Shown: one piece after another, positions 1 through 8,896 of the stretch
Layout of the letters: each line of letters starts with the position of its first letter
How positions within the stretch are numbered: the first letter of the stretch is position 1
Virus record (IMG/VR): IMGVR_UViG_3300017697_000016
Span: 2,903-66,902 of that record
Source: a virus
Length of the DNA stretch: 64,000 bases
Strand: one strand, 5' to 3'
The notes under the pieces: model-generated
The model's input: only the letters and a program-made list of their open reading frames with translations
Database searches by the model: none
Told to the model about the DNA's origin: nothing
Translations under genes and position numbers: made by a program

Positions 1-45
1 CTTGTCACTAAAATTATTAGGTTTTTCTTGAGGTAAGCTAGACAT
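1..45 (-). CDS. 5' end of a hypothetical protein running off the left edge (MSSLPQEKPNNFSDK...)
   Basis: ATG at 45 preceded by GGAG SD; frame open to the window edge. Confidence 0.6.
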   Translation of the reverse strand, partial: MSSLPQEKPNNFSDK

Positions 46-55
46 AATATACTCC

Positions 56-1333
56 TTAACTAAATTTTGCCTTTTCAGAGTCTGGTAAAGCGTCAAATCG
101 CGCTCTTGCTTCGTTTATGCCCCCTGCACTATTTCCGCTTTGAAAAGAACTTCTAAACTTTTGAAATTGTGCGTCTTGTTCTTGCGCAGGATTAGTGTCC
201 CCTGTAGTAATTGATGTTTGCCTCGATGATGCAATTGCTGATAAACCTGCAATTGCTGCTGTTGCTACTAGCAAGTCTTTGCCGCCGCCGCTGCCGCTGT
301 TCTTTGGAAAAAACGTTTGTGCAACTCCGCTAACATCAATGCCAGCAGCGTCACCAATTGCTCCAGTTAGGATACGCAGGCCGCCTTCTCGTAATCCTTC
401 TGAGTTTAAATCTCTTACATTCCTAGCTAGATTTGCTGCTGCAATTCCTGCTGCAAATGGGTTGCTAAAATTTTTGCCTTGTGTAATGTATTCATACAAG
501 TCTACACCTGCTCCAAACACTCCATCAATGCCTAACGTGCCTCCACCTTCTAATGTAATAGGACTAGGAGTTCTGTCATAATGATCAGTTCTACCAAAGC
601 CTGTTGGGCTTCCGTTTTCGCCTGCTTCAACATAGCCCCTGTCATAAAACACAGAGTCATATGCAACAGTCATTTGATTTTCTAGTATGTTACTACTTTG
701 TGTATTGTCAAGTCTATCGTGTTGCCAAGACTGTATTAGCGGATTAACTAATGTAAATTTAGTATAACTCTTACGTGCCATTTGCGCAATTTCAATACGA
801 TCAAAAAACGGTACACTAGGTGTGTTGTTGTTCATACCATATTTGTATTCATTGGCACTTGCGCCAGCATAAGTGTTGTCGCCTGTAGTTCTATTACCGT
901 ATGCTCCGGTACTTAACGAATGATTGCCGTCTGCATAATAATACTTGTAGTATGCTTCCATTAATGCAGTAGTAGCACCAAAGTTGTCATCATGAAATGT
1001 AATATTAACTGGCGAATAGTCTATACGTGTCTGTACATTCTTCTTACGATTGTACATATTCTTAGTATCTGTTTGCGCCTGGAATTTAGGTAGATCAACG
1101 TTCTTAACTAACATGCCAATGACATTAGTATACGATGCTAGTTCTGGTATAATTGCTTGTGCTTCTTTAGTTAGCGTAAATGTAACATGATACAAAAATC
1201 CAAGTTTTGGAGCATGTTTTTGTGTGTCGTCGGTATATAGACGTGCGGCATGCTGCCAATCAGCCATATTGCCTTTTGGCCCTAAAATGCCACTTGCTAT
1301 GTTATCTAAGAATCCTGTAAACTTACTTGCCAT
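56..1333 (-). CDS. Tail-tube-like baseplate / tube initiator protein (T4 gp48/gp54-like)
   Basis: 425 aa; tube-fold-like segments (VKNVDLPKF, IDYSPVNITFHDD, FTLVNPLIQSW); directly downstream of the tail tube gene. Confidence 0.6.
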   Translation of the reverse strand: MASKFTGFLDNIASGILGPKGNMADWQHAARLYTDDTQKHAPKLGFLYHVTFTLTKEAQAIIPELASYTNVIGMLVKNVDLPKFQAQTDTKNMYNRKKNVQTRIDYSPVNITFHDDNFGATTALMEAYYKYYYADGNHSLSTGAYGNRTTGDNTYAGASANEYKYGMNNNTPSVPFFDRIEIAQMARKSYTKFTLVNPLIQSWQHDRLDNTQSSNILENQMTVAYDSVFYDRGYVEAGENGSPTGFGRTDHYDRTPSPITLEGGGTLGIDGVFGAGVDLYEYITQGKNFSNPFAAGIAAANLARNVRDLNSEGLREGGLRILTGAIGDAAGIDVSGVAQTFFPKNSGSGGGKDLLVATAAIAGLSAIASSRQTSITTGDTNPAQEQDAQFQKFRSSFQSGNSAGGINEARARFDALPDSEKAKFS

Positions 1334-1338
1334 ATAAA

Positions 1339-1344
1339 TATTTA
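1339..1344 (-). promoter_or_regulatory. T4-like late promoter TAAATA
   Basis: TAAATA 5 nt upstream of the ATG at 1333; no SD. Confidence 0.6.
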
Positions 1345-1371
1345 TCCTTTATAATAAAGTACGTATATAAT

Positions 1372-1397
1372 AAAAAAGGGAGCTAAAAAGCTCCCTT
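1372..1397 (-). terminator. Rho-independent terminator after the tail tube gene
   Basis: AAGGGAGCT-TTTT-AGCTCCCTT stem followed by a T-run on the minus strand. Confidence 0.75.
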
Positions 1398-1422
1398 AAT
1401 TGTAGAATGGCTGTGGAGTTTA

Positions 1423-2049
1423 TTATACGCCGCCACCTGTAATCATTGTATTAGTTGTACGGCCTACTGCTGTACCAATACCTGTTCCATCTGGTGTTTG
1501 GATAGCATTGTCGAATCTAATTGCTAATGTAACTGTAACAGGTTCGTTTGCACTGTAAGATAATTGGTTATACGCTGCGTTTTGTACAAAGCAACCGTAT
1601 AGTTCAAATGTCTCTAGTACGTTTGGTGTATTAGCACCGTTGCCGCCGTCTAAGATCTCAATACGTGTTGTAAATTTATAATCTTGTCCAGATGCTGCAC
1701 TTGACTGCTCGTAGAAGTCAAACTGTTTCTGTAACTGTTCGCCTACTAGCTTCTGTACGTTATTATTAACATCTTCACGTAAGTTAAGTGTAATAGCTTC
1801 CCACGCATGTTTACCAGCTAGGTAAGCACGTGAGTTGTAAACTGGAATTTCGATTTCTTCGAAACTTACCGTTGGACGGGTTACATCTACTACTTGTTTT
1901 GTTAATTCTGTTGTCGGTGTTGATACACCAAAGTTCTCTAGCGTAACACGGAAGCGGTACTGTAGCTTCGGCATTAATAAACCTTGACTAGCTGCGCTAT
2001 CGCCTGTTGCCAAAGGAACTGTAATTTTGCTTAGTGTTGAAATTGCCAT
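1423..2049 (-). CDS. gp19: Tail tube protein
   Basis: 208 aa; PKLQYRFRV, YLAGKHAWEAITLNLRED, ETFELYGCF motifs; follows the sheath gene; SD AGGAG. Confidence 0.85.
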   Translation of the reverse strand: MAISTLSKITVPLATGDSAASQGLLMPKLQYRFRVTLENFGVSTPTTELTKQVVDVTRPTVSFEEIEIPVYNSRAYLAGKHAWEAITLNLREDVNNNVQKLVGEQLQKQFDFYEQSSAASGQDYKFTTRIEILDGGNGANTPNVLETFELYGCFVQNAAYNQLSYSANEPVTVTLAIRFDNAIQTPDGTGIGTAVGRTTNTMITGGGV

Positions 2050-2070
2050 TCTGTTTTCTCCTGTTGCAAG

Positions 2071-2076
2071 TATTTA
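2071..2076 (-). promoter_or_regulatory. T4-like late promoter TAAATA
   Basis: TAAATA upstream of the SD and ATG of the tube gene. Confidence 0.65.
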
Positions 2077-2080
2077 GCAA

Positions 2081-2110
2081 ATTTAGACCCCATATTTCAG
2101 GGGTCTAAAT
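2081..2110 (-). terminator. 11-bp hairpin after the sheath gene (terminator or processing stem)
   Basis: ATTTAGACCCC-8nt-GGGGTCTAAAT perfect inverted repeat 7 nt after the sheath stop; U-tail is short. Confidence 0.55.
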
Positions 2111-2117
2111 CTATGCC

Positions 2118-5100
2118 TTATAGCCCGCCTATTTCCCCAGTATTTTTAAGTCTTAGTGGAACGTAAATAAACTCAACTGCTTTTACAGGCTCAATAGCAA
2201 TGTCTAAGTATAGTTCATTTCTATCGATTCTGCTCGGAGTATTGTTTGATTCATCGCAAACTACTAAGAAGTCGTACAATGCTCTTTGACCAACAAGCTC
2301 AAGCATCAAGCTCTCTGCTGCCTGTTTAATCTCATCGCGTGTAATCTTATCGTTTGGTTCAAAGATATAAGGTTTAGCTAACTGACTTAGTTGTGAACGT
2401 AAGTAAATTACCAAACGTGCCACGTTAATTCTGTCTAGTGCGCTCGAACCTCTTGCACGAGTTTTTTGACCGTAGTTAACAAGTCCTGCACCACTAATAA
2501 ATGTAATTGGGTTAACATTCTGTGCATACAATGTATCGCGCTGACCTTCGTTTAGTGCAACACTTACAAATTCGCCTTCGTTGTTGATATATCCAACACT
2601 TGTCGCATTAGTAATGCCGCCACGTCTTGTACCTGCTGGTGCAAACCATGGGTAGCTAACTTGGTCACTTAGTGCAACTGTGCGTAGCATCATGTGACTT
2701 GGCGGAACAACAACATTGTTACCAAAGTTGTCACTTGTAAAGCCCCATGGGTAGAATGTACCGAAGTATTCATCTCTACTTACTAGACCGTCATCATTAT
2801 CCTCAACTGCTAGTTTAACGTTAGTTGCCCATTCATTTAATGAAGTTGCATCTGGTGTTAATCTTGCTGGTGAATCACCAATAACAAAAGCACTTAAACC
2901 TCTGTCATAATTTAGTGTAATCATTTCACCGATTAGTTCTGGATATCCTGGTGTTGCCATTAAGTTAAAGATACGTGACTCATTATCTCTAATGTCATCA
3001 TTACTATTAAGCATTGCTTGTAATGATTGTACAATAACTTTACGCTGTGCAATTCTGCCAAAGCTACCTGCGCCATCAGCTTGGTTGCCTGATTCAGTAA
3101 CCCAACGATGTGGATAGTATGATCCCATTGCTTCGTCGTCCATGCGTCCGTTGTCTGCATTAACATCAATTGCGTTACGTACAAACTTCTTAACATTAAA
3201 GCCAGAACGTCTTAGGTTCCATAACAACATACCTTTTGGATATAGTGCTGGATCTGGAGCATCTGGGTCTAAGTAGTTACTTACTAGTAAATCTGCAATA
3301 TCGCCTTCCAGGCCACTGTTTGCGCCTGCTGTATTATAACGTGCATCTGCAAATAGTACACCGTTTTCTGATGTTTGATCAGCTTTGTCTAACAATACCC
3401 AACGATTGGCTGTTGGTGTGTTAACTAAGTTAGCGTTAAAGCGATAAATCATCGGATAGTTTTCTAAGTCGCTAGTGTCAATCCAAAGATCACCGTCTGC
3501 TAGTGCTGTGCCATTACTTTGTAGTAGCGGAGTACTTGCTGCAACAATCGGACCTGCCGGATCGCAGTTTAAATAATCTGCACTATAGTTTTGATAGCCA
3601 ACCCATGTAGTACCGTTGTGGATCATAATGTCAACTTCGTCAACAATTGAATTGTACCATAATGCGCCATCTAAAGCAAGTGAAGTTACTGGATCGGCTG
3701 ATGCAGTGTAAAATGCAACTTCAGTACCTGAACTGTTACGTGTTGCTTTCCATTGACTTGCTACTAATTGTAATGGATCTGTGTCGCTGGATGTGCCTTG
3801 TGCATAGTATAAGTTAGGCGTACCATTTGTTACACTTGCAAAGCGTGTAAATCCTAAGTTGCCTAATACTGCATTAGATAAATCATCACGGAATTTAATT
3901 TCACCACCTTTAGCATGTGTAATTACAATCTTATTTTGACTTGTAACTGATGCACTAACATGTGCAACACCTGCATTAGTAATTGCAGTTGCAAATGCCT
4001 CTGCATCTACTGTACTATTTGTAGTTGTAAATTCAATAGTCACTTGCTCACTAAAAGCTGCACTGTTTGGTGCTGTAGCCGATAACCCAATTGCATAATT
4101 GCCCGGAGTTACGCCTGTTACTGCTGCACTTGTAATTGTAGTTGGTGCAACTGCTTCGCGCTTGTAAACAGTAAATGTCGCTAATGGATCTGCATCCCCT
4201 GCAACGTTTGCTTGTACATAAAGTGCGCCGACTGCAATGTTTGAACCGCCGCCTACTTTATCTAGACTGTATAATGCTTCTTCATGTGATGCAAAAAGCG
4301 GTGCTTCAACAGTATCCCATAATAGCGTAGCTGTGTTCCATACTTTAACTCTCCAACGTGCGCCGTTGCCCGGCTCGGTTGTTTTCATCCATACACTTCC
4401 TGTTGGGCGTGAGTATGTGTCTTGTGTTTTGTAAGCTGGAACTTGTGTGTGCTTACTAATTTGCAATGCTGGTGGATAATATGTACTAGCTGATAGGCCT
4501 AACTCGCCTAAAAGTAGTGCATCACCTGCGACTTCAATTGAACCTTCTGCTGCTGAATCGTCAGCTGCTGAATCAGTTCCGTCACTGTAAATTTCTAGTC
4601 TGCCGTCAACTGCTGCTGCATTGATATTTCCTAAAGGAAACAATGAAGTAATAGTAGTTGCAACATCACCGATAGTATTGCCTGAAGTAACAGTAACTGG
4701 TGTACCGTTTAGTGTAAAGTTTGCTGAGCCTTGGGAGAAAACAGGATTAGACTTAGTACCGCGTACTGTAGCCCAACTCTTTTTCCATACATCACTACCA
4801 ACTAGTACCCATGTGCCGCTTTGATTTCTGTAAAATGTTCTAGCAATTGTACTGCCAAACACAACAGCATAGTCGCCAATGGCACCTACAGTAGTTTTTG
4901 GAATTTGTCCCTGTGTACCGTTTGTTAGATCTGAACCAGCTGTTAATTGGGTGCTGTCAGTAATAACAATAGGTGTTTTGTATGTATATGACTGTCCACC
5001 AGTTACTGTTACTGCTGCGCCATTCCACTCTTGGATGCCAAAACTTGTTGTTTGTGTGTCGATCCAATATGTTCCAGCCATTGGATTAGCTGATGGTGCT

Positions 5101-5471
5101 GTTGCTGATGGACTTAGTGCTGCTAAGTCGATATCTGCACGTACAACCCATGCTCTGTTACTTACGCCCAAATATGAATAAGCAGCATGTAAGCCGTATT
5201 CGTTAAGTTCGCCTGCATGAATTGGATTATTATTGTTATCTGTATAAAATAGCGGATCGCCAAAGGTGTCTGCTAAATCACGCTGTGATGTTAATAAGTA
5301 AGGTTTGCCAGCATTTGCCTTAATGGTTCCCTGTGCTGTTCCTGTTCCGCTTGCGTTCGTTTTGTTTTCAGCGGAAGCAACAAAGATCATTGGTGTTGTG
5401 CCTGGCTCTGCCGGGGTGTAGAACGATTCGTCAATTACTTTGACTTCTACTCCTGGGGATGTTAATGCCAT
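2118..5471 (-). CDS. gp18: Contractile tail sheath protein (1117 aa, with large insertions)
   Basis: Likely start MALTSPGVEV at 5471 (SD AGGAG); C-terminal sheath motifs PWFAPAGTRRG, DRINVARL, FEPND, IEPVKAVEFIYVP. Confidence 0.92.
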   Translation of the reverse strand: MALTSPGVEVKVIDESFYTPAEPGTTPMIFVASAENKTNASGTGTAQGTIKANAGKPYLLTSQRDLADTFGDPLFYTDNNNNPIHAGELNEYGLHAAYSYLGVSNRAWVVRADIDLAALSPSATAPSANPMAGTYWIDTQTTSFGIQEWNGAAVTVTGGQSYTYKTPIVITDSTQLTAGSDLTNGTQGQIPKTTVGAIGDYAVVFGSTIARTFYRNQSGTWVLVGSDVWKKSWATVRGTKSNPVFSQGSANFTLNGTPVTVTSGNTIGDVATTITSLFPLGNINAAAVDGRLEIYSDGTDSAADDSAAEGSIEVAGDALLLGELGLSASTYYPPALQISKHTQVPAYKTQDTYSRPTGSVWMKTTEPGNGARWRVKVWNTATLLWDTVEAPLFASHEEALYSLDKVGGGSNIAVGALYVQANVAGDADPLATFTVYKREAVAPTTITSAAVTGVTPGNYAIGLSATAPNSAAFSEQVTIEFTTTNSTVDAEAFATAITNAGVAHVSASVTSQNKIVITHAKGGEIKFRDDLSNAVLGNLGFTRFASVTNGTPNLYYAQGTSSDTDPLQLVASQWKATRNSSGTEVAFYTASADPVTSLALDGALWYNSIVDEVDIMIHNGTTWVGYQNYSADYLNCDPAGPIVAASTPLLQSNGTALADGDLWIDTSDLENYPMIYRFNANLVNTPTANRWVLLDKADQTSENGVLFADARYNTAGANSGLEGDIADLLVSNYLDPDAPDPALYPKGMLLWNLRRSGFNVKKFVRNAIDVNADNGRMDDEAMGSYYPHRWVTESGNQADGAGSFGRIAQRKVIVQSLQAMLNSNDDIRDNESRIFNLMATPGYPELIGEMITLNYDRGLSAFVIGDSPARLTPDATSLNEWATNVKLAVEDNDDGLVSRDEYFGTFYPWGFTSDNFGNNVVVPPSHMMLRTVALSDQVSYPWFAPAGTRRGGITNATSVGYINNEGEFVSVALNEGQRDTLYAQNVNPITFISGAGLVNYGQKTRARGSSALDRINVARLVIYLRSQLSQLAKPYIFEPNDKITRDEIKQAAESLMLELVGQRALYDFLVVCDESNNTPSRIDRNELYLDIAIEPVKAVEFIYVPLRLKNTGEIGGL

Positions 5472-5512
5472 TTGTTTTCTCCTATAATACGAGTTGGTAG
5501 TTTCGTTACATG

Positions 5513-5518
5513 TATTTA
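5513..5518 (-). promoter_or_regulatory. T4-like late promoter TAAATA
   Basis: TAAATA about 40 nt upstream of the sheath start. Confidence 0.6.
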
Positions 5519-5577
5519 GCAACCGCAGGAGAAAACCCATGCGATATATGCCCAAAAAAGGGACCGAAAAGGTGAGC

Positions 5578-5583
5578 TAAATA
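5578..5583 (+). promoter_or_regulatory. T4-like late promoter TAAATA
   Basis: TAAATA 5 nt upstream of the ATG at 5589. Confidence 0.55.
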
Positions 5584-5588
5584 ATAGT

Positions 5589-5924
5589 ATGCGCCCATTA
5601 TGTAAATGCGGAGAGCGTCCCGCAGCAATAAACTACAAAAAAGGAAACAGAACTTACTATCGTAAGCTCTGCGAAACCTGTTTGCGGAATGGTGTTAATC
5701 ACGGAATACCTAAATGGAAACAACGTGGATACGAAAAGAAAGACAACTGCGAAAAGTGTGGATACCAATCAATCCATAAAGAACAGTTTAACGTATTTCA
5801 CATAGACGGAGATTTAAATAACTGCCGTCCTACAAATTTAAAAACTATATGTGCTAACTGTCAACGTCTACTTCAGAAAGAAGGTATCCGTTGGAAGCAG
5901 GGTGACCTAGTCCCTGATTTTTAA
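5589..5924 (+). CDS. Zn-binding HNH endonuclease-like protein
   Basis: Cys pairs (CKC, CETC, CEKC, CANC) and HIDGDLNNCRPTNLKTICANC HNH-type motif. Confidence 0.7.
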   Translation: MRPLCKCGERPAAINYKKGNRTYYRKLCETCLRNGVNHGIPKWKQRGYEKKDNCEKCGYQSIHKEQFNVFHIDGDLNNCRPTNLKTICANCQRLLQKEGIRWKQGDLVPDF

Positions 5925-6414
5925 AAATTGTGCGCATAAGAACTGCAACGTTCTTTTCTAATCTTTCTAACGAACCATTATTGTCAAGTGTGTAATCACA
6001 CATCCATTGTTCGATACTCATTGAACTAGGATCTTCTTTAGGCAAATGATCACAACGATCTACCCAAATAGCATAATCAAAAATTTGTTCATTTTGCATT
6101 GCAAAGAATTCTCGACGATTACGCAATCCGCAATAGATATTATGTTCTTTAAATAAGTTACGGCCTAGTCGTGCTAGATCATCTTTGCAGTAATCATGAA
6201 TCATGTTGTACCATTCGGTACGATGATTGTGTCTATCTGCATAGCAATGTTCTTGGTCTTGATAACCGTATTTGTCTTTTAAATCATTAAAGATAAAAAG
6301 GTCAGAACAAAACTTTGAACTTGATTCAAACTTGTAACCATAATTTTCTAAAATTTCGCAGACGGTATCTTTACCATGCCTGCCATGTCCAACTACTAAT
6401 AATTTAGGTAACAC
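5854..6414 (-). CDS. Deoxynucleoside monophosphate kinase-like P-loop protein (T4 gp1-like)
   Basis: N-terminal Walker A GHGRHGKDT; C-terminal DYTLDNNGSL; GTG start with AAGGAG SD. Confidence 0.7.
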   Translation of the reverse strand: MLPKLLVVGHGRHGKDTVCEILENYGYKFESSSKFCSDLFIFNDLKDKYGYQDQEHCYADRHNHRTEWYNMIHDYCKDDLARLGRNLFKEHNIYCGLRNRREFFAMQNEQIFDYAIWVDRCDHLPKEDPSSMSIEQWMCDYTLDNNGSLERLEKNVAVLMRTIFKNQGLGHPASNGYLLSEVDVDS

Positions 6415-6453
6415 AGAATACTCCTTGGTGAATATACTGTTTATTATAGCATC

Positions 6454-6657
6454 TTATTGTTGTTTGTCAAGAACTTTTTGATAGGCTTCTTCAAACCCTT
6501 CTTCGTGGATATAATTTTCATTGTTATTCCACAACCTTTTGAAATACGAATCATATATGCGTTCAATGGTTGTGTCTGACTCGGACTTGTCAATTAACTG
6601 TCCTTTGATCATCCAGTTAAGTCGGTTAGCTTCTTTACGTACATATGGACTGCACAT
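6454..6657 (-). CDS. Hypothetical protein (67 aa)
   Basis: Strong SD (AAGGAGG) and upstream TAAATA. Confidence 0.65.
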   Translation of the reverse strand: MCSPYVRKEANRLNWMIKGQLIDKSESDTTIERIYDSYFKRLWNNNENYIHEEGFEEAYQKVLDKQQ

Positions 6658-6680
6658 GTTAGTACCTCCTTGTTATACTG

Positions 6681-6686
6681 TATTTA
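6681..6686 (-). promoter_or_regulatory. T4-like late promoter TAAATA
   Basis: TAAATA upstream of the 67-aa ORF. Confidence 0.55.
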
Positions 6687-6723
6687 CAGCATAACAGAAT
6701 GTTAGCGCCAACTTTGAATGTTT

Positions 6724-7473
6724 TTAGCCGATTGCAAATCCGTAGCCAACACCGCCTGCAACTTGTAGTTTAAGTTCTTCTTCAAGTTTTTCCATTTCAG
6801 CTGATGCTTCGGCTTTTAGTGCATCACCGTTAAGGCTTGTGCCGCCTTGTGGTCCTGCAATTGTAGCAAATTTTGAACGTGCTTCGCCTAGCATATGCTT
6901 ACAGGCTGCTAATGTATAATCTTTAAGCCATTGTTTTGCTAGATAGTCGTCTAGCAACTGTTCATCAGTTCTATAATTATAAACATATAGTAACAATGCT
7001 TCTTCAGCTCTAGGACGCTGTAGTAAAGTTAGTTGCTTAGATTGGGTATTCCATTTAAATTCAATAAATGATCCAAACATACGTCCAACTAATTCTTGAT
7101 ACTGTGAGAACATATCGTATGTTGCTAATCCGCCTAAGTTTGAACTAGACAACAAATAAGTGTTTGTGTATGCCATGTTAAATGGTTCAAATAATGTTCC
7201 GCCATCGCCGCCACCTGTTCTTGAGCCAATACTTCTGCGAAAAAGCTGACGTACTTCTACAACTTCATTTGGCAGTGTGTATGTGTTTTGATCAATTACT
7301 GTTGGCATAAACATATATGATTCTTCAACTGCGTTATCGCTGCGCTGTCTAAATTTAGACAATGCCTTATCTAATCCTGTATTATAATGGATCGGATCTA
7401 GCTCTACGTCAATCATTCCGCCGCCGAGCATTGCATTTACATAATCAAATACTTGTTGTTTTACTGTTGACAT
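6724..7473 (-). CDS. gp13: Neck protein (T4 gp13-like)
   Basis: LGGGMIDVELD, WLKDYTLA..K...GEARSKF, GPQGGTSLNG motifs typical of gp13-like neck proteins. Confidence 0.8.
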   Translation of the reverse strand: MSTVKQQVFDYVNAMLGGGMIDVELDPIHYNTGLDKALSKFRQRSDNAVEESYMFMPTVIDQNTYTLPNEVVEVRQLFRRSIGSRTGGGDGGTLFEPFNMAYTNTYLLSSSNLGGLATYDMFSQYQELVGRMFGSFIEFKWNTQSKQLTLLQRPRAEEALLLYVYNYRTDEQLLDDYLAKQWLKDYTLAACKHMLGEARSKFATIAGPQGGTSLNGDALKAEASAEMEKLEEELKLQVAGGVGYGFAIG

Positions 7474-7491
7474 ATAATATTCTCCACATAG

Positions 7492-7512
7492 TATTTATCC
7501 GTAGCATAAATA
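7492..7512. promoter_or_regulatory. Divergent pair of late promoters (TAAATA on both strands)
   Basis: tattta at 7492-7497 (minus, gp13) and taaata at 7507-7512 (plus, gp14). Confidence 0.65.
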
Positions 7513-7516
7513 TAGT

Positions 7517-8896
7517 ATGCCAAGAATAAGTTTATATAAACCAGAAAAGGGTAAAGACTACAGCTTCTTAGATCGTCAGATCACAGAGATGTTTACAGTC
7601 GGAGGTACGGATATTAATGTCCACAAGTACTTAGGCCCTAAAAACCCCGATGACGCAGATGCTACAGCTGACCAGCCGAAGTATGATAGCGTTAAGGAAA
7701 CCAATATACAAGACTTGCTGTTTATGGAAAATAGAGATCGAAAATACGATCCAGACATTTATACCATGCGTGGCATTTATAGCGTAAACGACAATGACTT
7801 TAATATGTCACAGTTTGGGCTATTCTTAGATAACGATACATTGTTTATGACTATTCCAATAAACAAAAGTGTTAAAACAATTGGCAGAAAAATGATGAGC
7901 GGTGACGTTATTGAATTGCCGCATATGAAAGACGAGTACGCACTAAACGATTACAGTGTTGCGTTAAAACGCTTTTATGTAGTAGAAGATGTTAACCGTG
8001 CAAGTGAAGGTTTTAGTCCTACATGGTATCCACATCTGTATAGACTAAAATTAAAACAAATTGTCGATAGTCAAGAATTCAAAGAAATACTTGATTTGTC
8101 AGCCGAAGATGGAGATACTGGCAATACATTACGTGACCTACTGTCTACATACGAAAAAGAAATGCAAGTAAATGATGCTATTATTAATCAGGCAGAAGTA
8201 GACGCACCTAAGTCGGGGTATGACACTAGCCACTATTACCAAATGGAAGTTAAATCTACTGAAACTAGTAGTGAAATTCAAATAGAAAAAGTCGACGGAG
8301 CTAGTGTAACAGCACCACCGTCTAAACTTGGGTATAGTGGATATCTAGTTGGTGACGAGTTTGCTCCTAACGGTTCAAATTTTGGCCATGGCATTTCTTT
8401 TCCTGAAATTGCAGGCTCAGGTGATTATTTTTTACGTACTGATTTTATGCCAAAACGTTTATTTCAATATGATGGAGCAGCGTGGAGGAAAGTACACGAT
8501 GTTGACAGAATGACAATGACAAACAATACAAATCGTATGCACCAAAAAGGTACGTTTATTAACAACAAAGCATATGTGTACAACGATAAGGTTGCATCAG
8601 GAAGTTCTGTACTTACTGTAGGTGCAATATCGTTTGATACTAGTATTGCATACCCTGTTACTGCATTGTATCTAGAATTAAAAATTGACACACATACTAA
8701 ACATTATGTCATTGCAGATCATCCAGGACTAGTTACTGCAAACAGTGATTCAACGGTGCTAATTACACTTCCGGAAATTGCTAATGTACAAGACACAATC
8801 GAATACGATGGACAATGGACTATAAACTTCTACAATAACAGAGAAGCAGAGAAACAAAGTCTAAGTAAGGCACTAAGGCCTAAGGCGGATAATTAA
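7517..8896 (+). CDS. gp14: Neck / head-closure protein (T4 gp14-like) with C-terminal extension
   Basis: DLLFMENRDRKY, SQFGLFL, GDVIELPH motifs; lies between the gp13- and gp15-like genes. Confidence 0.65.
   Translation: MPRISLYKPEKGKDYSFLDRQITEMFTVGGTDINVHKYLGPKNPDDADATADQPKYDSVKETNIQDLLFMENRDRKYDPDIYTMRGIYSVNDNDFNMSQFGLFLDNDTLFMTIPINKSVKTIGRKMMSGDVIELPHMKDEYALNDYSVALKRFYVVEDVNRASEGFSPTWYPHLYRLKLKQIVDSQEFKEILDLSAEDGDTGNTLRDLLSTYEKEMQVNDAIINQAEVDAPKSGYDTSHYYQMEVKSTETSSEIQIEKVDGASVTAPPSKLGYSGYLVGDEFAPNGSNFGHGISFPEIAGSGDYFLRTDFMPKRLFQYDGAAWRKVHDVDRMTMTNNTNRMHQKGTFINNKAYVYNDKVASGSSVLTVGAISFDTSIAYPVTALYLELKIDTHTKHYVIADHPGLVTANSDSTVLITLPEIANVQDTIEYDGQWTINFYNNREAEKQSLSKALRPKADN

Noticed and set aside
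5472-5555. N-terminal extension of the sheath ORF in the ORF track
   Set aside because: SD and the typical MALTSPGV start lie at 5471; the extension spans the promoter
5589-5924. Mobile homing endonuclease or intron
   Set aside because: Free-standing short ORF; neighbouring genes are uninterrupted and no intron structure was seen
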